A DNA stretch of 40,616 bases, from sequence record PP445227.1; one strand, given 5' to 3'. Shown here piece after piece: positions 28,487 through 37,095 of the stretch (position 1 is the first letter of the stretch; every line of letters starts with the position of its first letter). The DNA comes from Escherichia phage EC.W1-9. The notes under the pieces were generated by a model. That model had not been told where the DNA came from and ran no database searches. It was given only the letters and a program-made list of their open reading frames with translations. The translations under genes were made by a program, and so were the position numbers.

Positions 28487-28982
28487 ATTCCAGGGGTTGG
28501 TTCACCCTGGAATTTTTGGGAAGGACCCTGAGCTAATACCTATCAAAAACGCGTTCATAGATCACTGGCGCTACGGTCATCATAAGGATTTCGGAAAGGA
28601 CACTCTGTTTCGGGATCCACCGAAAGAAATGCTGGAATATCACATACGCCACGTTCACGTAAACATCGGAAACTATACTGACAAGTTTGGTGAGAGCGGT
28701 ACGGAACAATGCTGGAAAAACTGGGCGTCTGGGAAGAAAGACAAGACCACTAACAAGCATAAAAAGATCCCAACCAGTGACGTGTATGTGATTTATCTGG
28801 TCACATCTGAACGCCATGCCTTCCTTCTGGATTATTGGGATGAACCAGCACATAAGACAGTAGAAATTGACGAGCAGAAGCAAAAATTAGTTGTCGAGTG
28901 TGACAGAATTTTGCGGCTGAAAAAGTTAGAATCCATGCCGCGCGATGCTAGTTTGTGGGACCCAGAATTTTACGACTGTTAA
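28476..28982 (+). CDS. Hypothetical protein, possible toxin-like component (weak YafO-like motifs)
   Basis: 168 aa; motifs HVHVN and AFLLDYWDEPAHK resemble YafO-family toxin blocks as recalled from memory; followed by a terminator. Confidence 0.4.
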   Translation: MLNKFQGLVHPGIFGKDPELIPIKNAFIDHWRYGHHKDFGKDTLFRDPPKEMLEYHIRHVHVNIGNYTDKFGESGTEQCWKNWASGKKDKTTNKHKKIPTSDVYVIYLVTSERHAFLLDYWDEPAHKTVEIDEQKQKLVVECDRILRLKKLESMPRDASLWDPEFYDC

Positions 28983-28983
28983 T

Positions 28984-29008
28984 GGCCGCTTTCGCGGCCT
29001 TTTCTTTA
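28984..29008 (+). terminator. Rho-independent terminator (GGCCGC-tttc-GCGGCC + TTTTCTTTA)
   Basis: Same 16-nt hairpin as at 25731. Confidence 0.6.
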
Positions 29009-29263
29009 TGTGGTTTGTTTTCGTAATTGTTCGGCACAATAGTCGAGATGTGTTTGCAGATCCTGCATAGACATCTGTGAGCTGGTGACGTAGTTAATCA
29101 GTGCAGTCAGTTCGGCAAGTGGGCCATCGACATTAAATCCATCCTTATCGAGATCCCGGAGTAATTTCATCAAGTGCGATCCCTCCACCAGTGACCTGAC
29201 GCCTCCCGGCGTGTGAATCCTTTCGGTAAATCCGTCTTCCAGTGGATAGTGATACTGCTGCAT
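29006..29263 (-). CDS. Small protein paralogous to the antirepressor C-terminal domain
   Basis: ERIHTPGGVRSLVEGSHLMKLLRDLDKDGFNVDGPLAELTALINYV aligns by eye with the C-terminus of the 26931-27623 protein; ATG at 29263 after GGAGAAG. Confidence 0.5.
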   Translation of the reverse strand: MQQYHYPLEDGFTERIHTPGGVRSLVEGSHLMKLLRDLDKDGFNVDGPLAELTALINYVTSSQMSMQDLQTHLDYCAEQLRKQTT

Positions 29264-29339
29264 CTTATCTTCTCCATGCAATAACTGTATGTTTATACAG
29301 TAACAAATAATTTGTTTGCTATCCAGCACGTTTTGCAAA

Positions 29340-29354
29340 TTACCCGAAAGGTAA
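29340..29354. promoter_or_regulatory. Palindromic site ATTACC-N5-GGTAAT (perfect)
   Basis: In the divergent intergenic region between the 29263 gene and the tailspike. Confidence 0.55.
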
Positions 29355-29458
29355 TATCTATTGGTATTTATAGTCTTTTTATCCATATATGGTTTTTCAG
29401 GTAATAGAATAACCAGATATGCGGCGCAACGGGTGCTGCGACTATCTGGAGATTTAAC

Positions 29459-31333
29459 ATGACGGTCTCAACCGAAGTTGACCACAACGAATACACCGGT
29501 AACGGCGTTACGACATCGTTTCCGTATACTTTTCGAATTTTCAGAAAATCAGACCTGGTTGTTCAGGTGTCTGATCTGAACGGAAACGTAACAGAATTGG
29601 TCCTGGATACCGGTTATACGGTAACTGGGGCGGGCACTTATAGTGGCGGTTCTGTGGTTCTTCCGTCTCCGCTTGCTACTGGATGGCGAATTACGATAGA
29701 TCGTGTGCTTGATGTAGTGCAGGAGACAGACCTTCGCAATCAGGGAAAATTTTTCCCCGAAGTGCATGAAGATGCCTTTGACTACCTGACGATGCTGATC
29801 CAGCAATGTTTTGGGTGGTTCAGACGTGCATTGATGAAGCCCTCTCTGCTTGCAAAATATTACGATGCAAAGCAAAACAGAATTTCTAACCTTGCAGATC
29901 CATCACTTGAGCAGGATGCTGTAAATAATCGCTCAATGCGTAATTATGTCGATGCTGCAATCGCCGGGGTTGTTGGTGGTTTTGGTTGGTTTATTCAGTA
30001 TGGTTCTGGGGCTGTGTACCGAACGTTCCAGGATAAGATGAGAGACACCATTAGTGTTCGTGATTTTGGTGCAAAAGGAGACGGCATAACAGATGATACT
30101 GTAGCAATTCAAAATGCTATTAATGCAGTACCAGAAGGGGCTATACTTGGATTTTATGGTGGTGAATTTGTTTTTGATAAGGTTGAATTGTTTAAGCCAA
30201 TAACATTAGTTGGTGATGCAACGTTAATTCACAACGGATTTAGAATAAAATCTAGCAGAATCCGATCACTTTTATCTGGCGTTCAGAAATGCAAGGATTA
30301 CTCCGAGTCTTCAAGAGCATTTTATTGCTATGCAAATGAAGACCAAAGAGATTATGACGATATTCAGATTTTATTTAATAGATTTGAAGGTTTCTTTTAC
30401 TCTACGGCATTTGTTGCAAAAAACTATTATTTGGAGAATGACCCTAATTCAAGAATTGTCAAAAACACAAAAGTAATAGGGTGTACATCAGTTGCTCCTG
30501 ATTCTGTAAATGCCGGTCATTTTCAACATATAGGCGTTACAAATGCTGAAACATCACATAACTCAACTTATGGCGGACAAAATGCAACATCATACAACTT
30601 CATTAACCAGAATGGATTTGTAAGGATTATAGGAAATTATGACCATAACAATAGCTATGGTTCATGTGAGCTTGAGAACTCAATGGTGAGTAACTCAGTC
30701 ATATCAGGTAATACGTTTTCGTCATATTTATGGGTGGATGATACAAGTAATGTTACTATTTCTGGAAATACAGTTTCATCAAGGATCAAAGTAACATCGC
30801 AAACTGACGATGTTCATAATATAACCATATCAGCAAATACCACAAAACGGATTACTATAGAGCAATTTGGAGAATCTCCAACAGGTCTGGTATATGGTGC
30901 ATTAATTTCCTGCAACACTATTACTGGCGACAGTGATGGAAGTTCAGACATTTTATGTACGTCACTTGTTACAGGTGAAATTTCATCAAATTATTGTCAT
31001 GGATCAGAAAAAAATATATCAATTGTCCGCCTGGATTCTTCTGATATAACTGTTAGAAATAATAAAGGAAACAAAGGATTACTTACAATAAGTAACGATG
31101 GTGGAAGGATAATTGAATATGGCAATGATTCTATGGTTCTGTCTGGAAGCATAGATAGCAGACATATACATAATTTATTACATCCAGACACATCGTATTT
31201 AGACCTACCGGGGAAATATCTGCACGGAACTAAATATACTGGCAGTATCCCCCCGGTTCCACAGGAATTGTATCACTTCAAATACCATCAGGGGCAAGCC
31301 TTGTTTTCAGGGGTGTTTCTATATGGGTTCTAA
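29459..31333 (+). CDS. Tailspike: T7 gp17-like N-terminal adaptor domain plus right-handed beta-helix (pectate-lyase-like) domain; frame broken near the 3' end
   Basis: N-terminus EYTGNGVTTSFPYTFRIFRKSDLVV resembles the gp17 N-terminal domain; RDFGAKGDGITDDTVAIQNAI is a beta-helix hallmark; the frame ends 26 codons after a C6 run while a second frame continues. Confidence 0.7.
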   Translation: MTVSTEVDHNEYTGNGVTTSFPYTFRIFRKSDLVVQVSDLNGNVTELVLDTGYTVTGAGTYSGGSVVLPSPLATGWRITIDRVLDVVQETDLRNQGKFFPEVHEDAFDYLTMLIQQCFGWFRRALMKPSLLAKYYDAKQNRISNLADPSLEQDAVNNRSMRNYVDAAIAGVVGGFGWFIQYGSGAVYRTFQDKMRDTISVRDFGAKGDGITDDTVAIQNAINAVPEGAILGFYGGEFVFDKVELFKPITLVGDATLIHNGFRIKSSRIRSLLSGVQKCKDYSESSRAFYCYANEDQRDYDDIQILFNRFEGFFYSTAFVAKNYYLENDPNSRIVKNTKVIGCTSVAPDSVNAGHFQHIGVTNAETSHNSTYGGQNATSYNFINQNGFVRIIGNYDHNNSYGSCELENSMVSNSVISGNTFSSYLWVDDTSNVTISGNTVSSRIKVTSQTDDVHNITISANTTKRITIEQFGESPTGLVYGALISCNTITGDSDGSSDILCTSLVTGEISSNYCHGSEKNISIVRLDSSDITVRNNKGNKGLLTISNDGGRIIEYGNDSMVLSGSIDSRHIHNLLHPDTSYLDLPGKYLHGTKYTGSIPPVPQELYHFKYHQGQALFSGVFLYGF

Positions 31334-31587
31334 TTAGAGATGTTAGCAATAACAATATATCGTCATTCAGAATTGATGGTTCATATAGAGTTGTTGGTGG
31401 AAGTGTTGGTCTTAGTTTTGCTGATGCTTATTCGAAACTCGGGGTGGATGCAAACTCTATAACAGTGTCAAACAATAACAGCACTTCTGACAATATCAGC
31501 ATAGCAATTAAAAACACAGATTCATCAAAAACCCTTCAGGTTACTGTTATGCCTGAGGTTTCAAGCAGGTTAGGTATTGAGGAATAG
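31234..31587 (+). pseudogene. Alternative-frame continuation of the tailspike C-terminus
   Basis: Frame with codons at 31234… is open to TAG 31585-31587 and encodes beta-rich …GSTGIVSLQIPSGASLVFRGVSIWV…ISSFRIDGSYRVVGGSVGLSFADAYSKLGVDANSITVSNNNSTSDNISIAIKNTDSSKTLQVTVMPEVSSRLGIEE; the two frames meet at CCCCCC 31249-31254. Confidence 0.5.
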
Positions 31588-31663
31588 CATCATATATAAT
31601 TATTTTAATGTTAATGCCGTCTTCTTGTTGGCGGCTTATTTGTGAAAATGGAATGAGTTATTT

Positions 31664-31963
31664 ATGATGAATATAGATGTTGATATAACACCAATTCTTC
31701 ACGCACTTTGCGCTGTTGTCGCACAAGTTCTGGTCGGTCTTTTTACCGGAAACTGGGCTTACGGTGCGATAGCCGGTTGTACGTTCTTCATTGCGCGTGA
31801 ACACACCCAGGCAGAATATCGCTGGATAGAAAAGTTTGGGAAAGGGAAACGTATCAACATGCCGTGGTGGGGAGGTTTTGATCCGCGCGTATGGGATGTT
31901 GGAAGCCTGTTTGACTTTGTTGTTCCTGTTACTGTTTGTTTTTGTGTTTATTTCTCTATTTGA
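31664..31963 (+). CDS. Small membrane protein
   Basis: 99 aa with two hydrophobic segments; between the tailspike and the lysis cassette. Confidence 0.45.
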   Translation: MMNIDVDITPILHALCAVVAQVLVGLFTGNWAYGAIAGCTFFIAREHTQAEYRWIEKFGKGKRINMPWWGGFDPRVWDVGSLFDFVVPVTVCFCVYFSI

Positions 31964-32185
31964 CTGCTACCGCGCCATTTGATGGTGCGGAATTCAACTA
32001 ATCCTCTATATTTTGAATCATTTCTGTACTGCAATCTCTTCAGAGTTATGTAAAAGGCAAGCCTTATTATCGACATGAAAGGAAGGGGATTGACAATGCA
32101 TGGGTAACAAAAAACCATAAATGGTTTATCATGCGTAATGCCTTTACTATTCAGGAGGTAGTTATGCATATAAACGGTGGAAAAC

Positions 32186-32590
32186 ATGTCAGCTCAACTA
32201 ACCAGTGAAACTTTAAATCAGTGGCTTAGCATGAGTTCTCTGGCGGCGGTGATAGCAGGAGTTCCTCCTGAGGTTGCTTTGGGGGCTTTGGCTGGGGCGG
32301 TAATTTTTGTTACCTCTGCGGTAGAGTATCCTATTCGTCGTCGTGTACTCTTGTCGATGCTTAGCTTTCTCTGCGGCCTTCTTTTTTATAAACCAGCAGC
32401 ATCAATTCTTATCGGCATAGCCAGCCTGATCCCTACCATCACGCAGGACTCTTTTGAAAAAGGGATTGTTTTCTCAGCTGGCGCATTCGTGTCAGCAATT
32501 GTTGCTGTGCGTATTGGTATATGGCTCTATCACCGTTCCGATAATCCACGCGAGTTAATTCCGGGGAGAAAAGACGATGGTAACGCATGA
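32186..32590 (+). CDS. Holin-like membrane protein
   Basis: Three hydrophobic helices, charged C-terminus, first gene of the lysis cassette; ATG at 32186 after GGTGGA. Confidence 0.55.
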   Translation: MSAQLTSETLNQWLSMSSLAAVIAGVPPEVALGALAGAVIFVTSAVEYPIRRRVLLSMLSFLCGLLFYKPAASILIGIASLIPTITQDSFEKGIVFSAGAFVSAIVAVRIGIWLYHRSDNPRELIPGRKDDGNA

Positions 32591-32885
32591 GTTTTTTTTG
32601 CTTATCACCAATGCAGTTATTTGTACTGGCATAGCAATTCGCGTTGTCACATTCCGGCGTAACGGCTCTCAACATCGAAGATGGGGAGGGTGGCTTGCTT
32701 ATTTCCTTATTGTTGCTGCGGCCAGTATTCCTGTTCGTGTCGTCTATGCAATCTGGTTACGCACGCCAATGGCTGTGGATTTATCTGAGGTCATTATCAA
32801 CGCTGTCATGCTTGCCGCGGTTATTAAAACACGCGGTAACGTTGTTCAGATTTTCAAAATATCGAGGTCTAAACATGGAGATTAA
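32577..32885 (+). CDS. Holin/antiholin-like membrane protein
   Basis: 102 aa, three hydrophobic segments, GGGGAGAA SD, overlaps both neighbours. Confidence 0.55.
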   Translation: MVTHEFFLLITNAVICTGIAIRVVTFRRNGSQHRRWGGWLAYFLIVAAASIPVRVVYAIWLRTPMAVDLSEVIINAVMLAAVIKTRGNVVQIFKISRSKHGD

Positions 32886-33504
32886 ACAATTCCAGCGAGC
32901 TGCTGGTATTAGCGAGTCGCTGGCCGCACGCTGGTTCTCGCATATAACTTCTGCGATGAAAGAGTTTGGTATCAGCAAAGCAGAAGATCAGGCAATGTTT
33001 ATTGCTCAGGTCGGGCATGAGTCTGGGGGCTTCACCCGGTTGCAGGAGAATTTCAACTACAGCGTCAGCGGACTGGCTAACTTTGTTCGGGCTGGGCGTC
33101 TCACTCAGGGACAGGCCAACGCATTGGGGCGACGCGCAGGCGAACCACCATTGCCACTTGAGCGCCAGAGAGCGATTGCCAATCTGGTGTACAGCAAACG
33201 CATGGGGAACAATGCCCCCGGCGATGGCTGGAATTACCGTGGCCGCGGACTTATCCAGATTACCGGTTTGAATAACTATCGTGATTGCGGAAACGGCCTG
33301 AAAGTGGACCTGCTGGAGAATCCTGAACTGTTGGCGCAGGACGAATACGCGGCTCGTAGCGCGGCGTGGTTCTTCTCCAGCAAAGGTTGCATGAAGTATA
33401 CCGGCGATATTGCACGTGTAACTCTGATTATCAATGGTGGCAGGAATGGCATCGACGACCGGCGCGCGCGGTACGTCACTGCCAGTAAGGTGCTGGCTGT
33501 ATGA
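32875..33504 (+). CDS. Endolysin, glycoside hydrolase family 19-like
   Basis: [10 protein letters not shown]…[12 protein letters not shown] pattern typical of GH19 phage endolysins; ATG at 32875 chosen over the upstream track start. Confidence 0.7.
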   Translation: MEIKQFQRAAGISESLAARWFSHITSAMKEFGISKAEDQAMFIAQVGHESGGFTRLQENFNYSVSGLANFVRAGRLTQGQANALGRRAGEPPLPLERQRAIANLVYSKRMGNNAPGDGWNYRGRGLIQITGLNNYRDCGNGLKVDLLENPELLAQDEYAARSAAWFFSSKGCMKYTGDIARVTLIINGGRNGIDDRRARYVTASKVLAV

Positions 33505-33983
33505 TCTGGTCATTCGTAAAAGCATACCGTAAACAGTTGATTATCATGGCGGTGCTTGCTGTTCTGGTCATATCAGGAGTTGTTGCCTGGAATGTGCACG
33601 GCAGTCGTCAGTACGACGCTGGGTATGCACAGGCGAAAGAAGACCGCAAAACAGAAGATGAGAGAGTTCGTCAGCACTACGAACAGGAGAAATCGATCAA
33701 TGAACGTGAAGCGCAGCAGAGGATCGACCAGGCGCGCAATGATGCTCTTGATGCTGCCGCTCGCGCTGGCCGGTTGCAGCAACAGCTCGTTGCCATCCGT
33801 GAGCAGCTCAGGCACTATAACGCCATTGTCGGCGCTGGGTCGTCAGCCGCAGACACCGGAGTTTTGCTTGCCGACGTGTTCAGCAAATCTCTCGAGAGAA
33901 ATAGACAACTGGCAGAGTATGCTGACCGGGCAGCCGAAGCCGGAAGAGTCTGCGAAAAACAGTACGACACCCTGACCAGATAG
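33501..33983 (+). CDS. i-spanin (Rz-like)
   Basis: N-terminal TM helix then Gln/Arg/Glu-rich coiled coil; ATGA overlap with the endolysin stop. Confidence 0.7.
   Translation: MIWSFVKAYRKQLIIMAVLAVLVISGVVAWNVHGSRQYDAGYAQAKEDRKTEDERVRQHYEQEKSINEREAQQRIDQARNDALDAAARAGRLQQQLVAIREQLRHYNAIVGAGSSAADTGVLLADVFSKSLERNRQLAEYADRAAEAGRVCEKQYDTLTR
33739..33975 (+). CDS. o-spanin (Rz1-like lipoprotein) embedded in the +1 frame of the i-spanin gene
   Basis: [17 protein letters not shown]… lipobox LAGC, Pro-rich mature part, wholly nested in the Rz-like gene. Confidence 0.65.
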   Translation: MMLLMLPLALAGCSNSSLPSVSSSGTITPLSALGRQPQTPEFCLPTCSANLSREIDNWQSMLTGQPKPEESAKNSTTP

Positions 33984-34155
33984 CATGGCATTTTTCATGG
34001 TACTGATTTCCGGTGACGGTATATAAAACGGTACGAGAAAAATTCATATTTGGAAAAATGTTATCACTCAATTGGTTATGGTATCCGTAAATAATTGAGT
34101 GGGAATGATTAACAGCTAACTCATAGCAAATCATTCCTATTCAGATGCCAACTCA

Positions 34156-34187
34156 ACCCTCTGTTTTTGCAGAGGGTTTTTGTTTTT
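34156..34187 (+). terminator. Rho-independent terminator after the lysis genes
   Basis: ACCCTCTG-tttttg-CAGAGGGT followed by TTTTTGTTTTT. Confidence 0.65.
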
Positions 34188-34243
34188 ATGTATTCATTTC
34201 TATTCACTCTACACCATATTTTTCGGCGGTACAGGTGACGGTA

Positions 34244-34258
34244 TTACCTTAAAGGTAT
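34244..34258. promoter_or_regulatory. Palindromic site TTACC-N5-GGTAt (imperfect)
   Basis: ATTACCttaaaGGTATA upstream of the integrase. Confidence 0.4.
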
Positions 34259-34300
34259 ACTCTCATACCGTCATGAAAATGGTTTCTATACGGGTGAATT

Positions 34301-35551
34301 GTGCTTACCGATACAAAATTAAAAAACCTCAAGCCGCAGGACAAACTGTACAAGGTCTCCGATCGTGACGGGCTGTATGTAGCTGTGCTTACGTCAGGCA
34401 CGGTCTCATTTCGTTATGACTACCGTATCAACGGTCGCCGCGAAACACTGGTAATCGGGCAGTATGGGCGTGACGGTATCAGCCTGGCAGAAGCGCGGGA
34501 AGAACTGATTGCTGCAAAGAAGCTGCTTAAAGCAGGCCAGTCACCGGCTGCGGCTAAACGTGACGGTATCAAAAAGATTCGTGGTGCCGAAACGTTTGCG
34601 GTACATACCGACAGTTATATGAAACACGTCATCCTGGCTGAAAGTACCCGCGCAATGAAGCAGGCAGTGATCGACCGTGACATACTTCCGGTTCTTGGCA
34701 ACAAAATGATGGCTGAAATTACCACATCGATGGTTCGTGATTTGTGTGACCGGATTGTCGAACGCGGTGGCCGGGCAACAGCAGTGCAGGCCAGGGAGAT
34801 CATCAGCAGCGTATACCGTCACGCCAATGACCGTGGTCATGGTTTGTTTAATCCTGCGGCTGACATTAAGCCTTCGTCTATCGCCATATTTAAACCACGA
34901 GAGCGAACACTGACACCAGAAGAAATTGGCCTGTTCTTCCGCACGTTGGATGCCATTGGTGCTATGGGCACTATGAAAATGGCTTTAAAACTGGTGCTTA
35001 TCACTATGGTTCGTAAGGGCGAATTCACCAATGCAACGTGGGATGAAATAGATTTTAAAAAATGGACATGGACAATTCCTTCAGACCGCATGAAGGGAAG
35101 CCGGGCGCATGTTATTTACCTGCCTAAACAGGCTCAGGATATATTGGTCGGGTTGCAGATGTGCGCTGGTGGAAGTGAATATCTGGTTCCTGGTCGTTAC
35201 AATTTCCGGAAGCCATTATCTAATGCCGCGCTGAACTCTCTGATCGACAGAACGGTGAAAATAATAAATGAAGATGGTGAGCATATTCAGGATTTCACCG
35301 TACACGATATGCGCCGTACAGCCAGTACGTTGTTGCATGAGGCTGGTTATCCTTCAGACTGGATTGAAAAGGCTCTGGCACATGAGCAGAAAGGTGTGCG
35401 CGCCGTATATAACAAAGCGGAATACGCCAGACAGCGCGCCTACATGTTGCAGCAGTGGGCCGATATGATAGATTCCTGGATTAACGGGGAGCATACGGAT
35501 CTGATTCCGTTCTCCCCGTCGAAGTTTGAGAAGTGGATGGCGAGGGAATAA
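34301..35551 (+). CDS. int: Tyrosine integrase
   Basis: N-terminus (M)LTDTKLKNLKP…DGLYVAV typical of the DUF4102-type integrase arm domain; C-terminal catalytic region with HDMRRT and AHEQ…VRAVYNKAEY (Tyr) signatures. Confidence 0.85.
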   Translation: MLTDTKLKNLKPQDKLYKVSDRDGLYVAVLTSGTVSFRYDYRINGRRETLVIGQYGRDGISLAEAREELIAAKKLLKAGQSPAAAKRDGIKKIRGAETFAVHTDSYMKHVILAESTRAMKQAVIDRDILPVLGNKMMAEITTSMVRDLCDRIVERGGRATAVQAREIISSVYRHANDRGHGLFNPAADIKPSSIAIFKPRERTLTPEEIGLFFRTLDAIGAMGTMKMALKLVLITMVRKGEFTNATWDEIDFKKWTWTIPSDRMKGSRAHVIYLPKQAQDILVGLQMCAGGSEYLVPGRYNFRKPLSNAALNSLIDRTVKIINEDGEHIQDFTVHDMRRTASTLLHEAGYPSDWIEKALAHEQKGVRAVYNKAEYARQRAYMLQQWADMIDSWINGEHTDLIPFSPSKFEKWMARE

Positions 35552-35554
35552 CGT

Positions 35555-35749
35555 TTAATTATTCTGCTGATTTTCTTCCATCTCGGCTTCTGCTGCCAGT
35601 GATTCAATTTTATCTGTGAATATTGCTGACAGTGTTGCAAATTCAGCATCAGTGACAGCGGGAATTGGAACAAACCTGATCCCGCTGTGTGCAAGCATGT
35701 TTGCAGTTTCAAGGCATTTCCTTAAATCTGCTGGTGATGCCCTGTTCAT
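35555..35749 (-). CDS. Small hypothetical protein, last gene of the leftward operon
   Basis: ATGA overlap with the methyltransferase stop; 64 aa. Confidence 0.45.
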   Translation of the reverse strand: MNRASPADLRKCLETANMLAHSGIRFVPIPAVTDAEFATLSAIFTDKIESLAAEAEMEENQQNN

Positions 35750-36396
35750 GCTGCACGCTCCCGCCCCTGGTTGTCTGTTGGTGACAGCGGAGCATTGCTG
35801 AATGCATTTGTTAATCTGGCAATATCCAACGCGTATCCAGGGTGTAGTTGCACTGCCGGGTCTTCGCACTGATTACCCCAAACATCGAAACCATGAGACG
35901 ACTGGCGGGCGAACAGTTCAATGCGAGAAACATCGCCTAACAATTGCACAAGTTTTTCACGAACGATATCTGGTTTTCTTGAATGCTCAAGCCGCGGTGC
36001 GGTAAATGACTGAACGATCCCTGCATTAATGCGCGTAGGTAGTTTTCCCTTTACTGCAAACAGGCAATCTTCACTATTGGCGCGAGTCATGTGACCCATA
36101 CCCATAACCAGTTTATCTGGTTGTCGACTACCACATTTTATCCACGTGAATCCCTTCATGGTCATCAGACGGAATCCCCAGGCCTCAACAACTTTTAGTG
36201 CTTCGAGTGGTTGTGTTGGCACCCACCACATGGCCAACAGACAGTTTTCATCGGCCAAATCCCACACAGGAAGGCGGCAGATATCCAGCACACTCATAAC
36301 CGGATATTTAAAACCGGCACCGCGATTACCATCTGCGGCTTTGTCCCGGTATACCCAGGGTGGATCTGCATAGATTAGTGTGTATTTCTTAGTCAT
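35746..36396 (-). CDS. MT-A70-family DNA N6-adenine methyltransferase
   Basis: Catalytic DPPW motif (LIYADPPWVY); ATG at 36396 after GGGGTGG. Confidence 0.75.
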   Translation of the reverse strand: MTKKYTLIYADPPWVYRDKAADGNRGAGFKYPVMSVLDICRLPVWDLADENCLLAMWWVPTQPLEALKVVEAWGFRLMTMKGFTWIKCGSRQPDKLVMGMGHMTRANSEDCLFAVKGKLPTRINAGIVQSFTAPRLEHSRKPDIVREKLVQLLGDVSRIELFARQSSHGFDVWGNQCEDPAVQLHPGYALDIARLTNAFSNAPLSPTDNQGRERAA

Positions 36397-36640
36397 AAAC
36401 CACCCCACAACATCCTATGCCGCTATAGTCGCCACGGCGAAGGCCGTTACCTTTTGTGATACATTGGTCCCTGCGAACCGCGATCCTTGCACGCTCAACA
36501 TCACCAGAAGCAACATCCATACACTGAAGCCAAAGGTGAGCGGCAATGCGGAACTGCCCTTTTTTCTCTCTTTCAATCGCGCGTTTTTCGATCTCTATCG
36601 CCGCAGGAGTAACGGCGACAATCTTTGACGGACTGCGCAT
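36389..36640 (-). CDS. Hypothetical small protein
   Basis: Start taken at the ATG at 36640 (AAGGT upstream); overlaps the methyltransferase start by 8 nt. Confidence 0.4.
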   Translation of the reverse strand: MRSPSKIVAVTPAAIEIEKRAIEREKKGQFRIAAHLWLQCMDVASGDVERARIAVRRDQCITKGNGLRRGDYSGIGCCGVVYD

Positions 36641-36797
36641 TGAAACCTTGTTCATGTGATATTTTTCAAGTCGGCTTAACTTTCTCACTTAATCCAACCC
36701 TCTCTGAAAATTAATGCCAGCAGATAAAGCCATGCTGAAACAGAGGCCAGGAATAAGTACCATCCTGACCATTTGCTCCAGTGCCTTAGCAGCACAC

Positions 36798-37046
36798 TCA
36801 TGCCGCGTTGCTCACGGGACGATATACACGTTGCTGAACAGGAGGTTTTTTACCCTGGAACTCTGCCGGGCTTGCTGCCTGACGTTCATCAAGCCAACGC
36901 TCAACTTCATCACGGTTCCATGCGCAGCGTTTATCGGTGATATACCAGCGTTTAGGAAATTCCCCTGCGCGCTCCATACGGTCGATAGTGCTCCATGACA
37001 GTGGAACCACCGCCAGGAGTTCCTTCTTACCTAATGCACCTTTCAT
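36798..37046 (-). CDS. AlpA/Xis-like small DNA-binding protein
   Basis: KKELLAVVPLSWSTIDRMERAGEFPKRWYI matches the AlpA-type HTH pattern; GAGAGG SD. Confidence 0.65.
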   Translation of the reverse strand: MKGALGKKELLAVVPLSWSTIDRMERAGEFPKRWYITDKRCAWNRDEVERWLDERQAASPAEFQGKKPPVQQRVYRPVSNAA

Positions 37047-37095
37047 AAATACCTCTCTTGGTTGCAGTGCGGCGCGCGTGGCGCCGCGGTGGTGG

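Noticed and set aside
29264-29386. Longer start (29386) for the small antirepressor-domain paralogue
   Set aside because: The extension would make the ATTACC palindrome and TATATGGTTT motif coding; the ATG at 29263 has a GGAGAAG SD and matches the homologous domain boundary.
32644-33504. Long version of the endolysin ORF (track start at 32644)
   Set aside because: The upstream extension overlaps the second holin-like gene and is hydrophobic shadow sequence; the ATG at 32875 gives an endolysin with a conserved N-terminus.
32869-33525. 218-aa minus-strand ORF antisense to the endolysin
   Set aside because: Antisense shadow of a well-supported gene.
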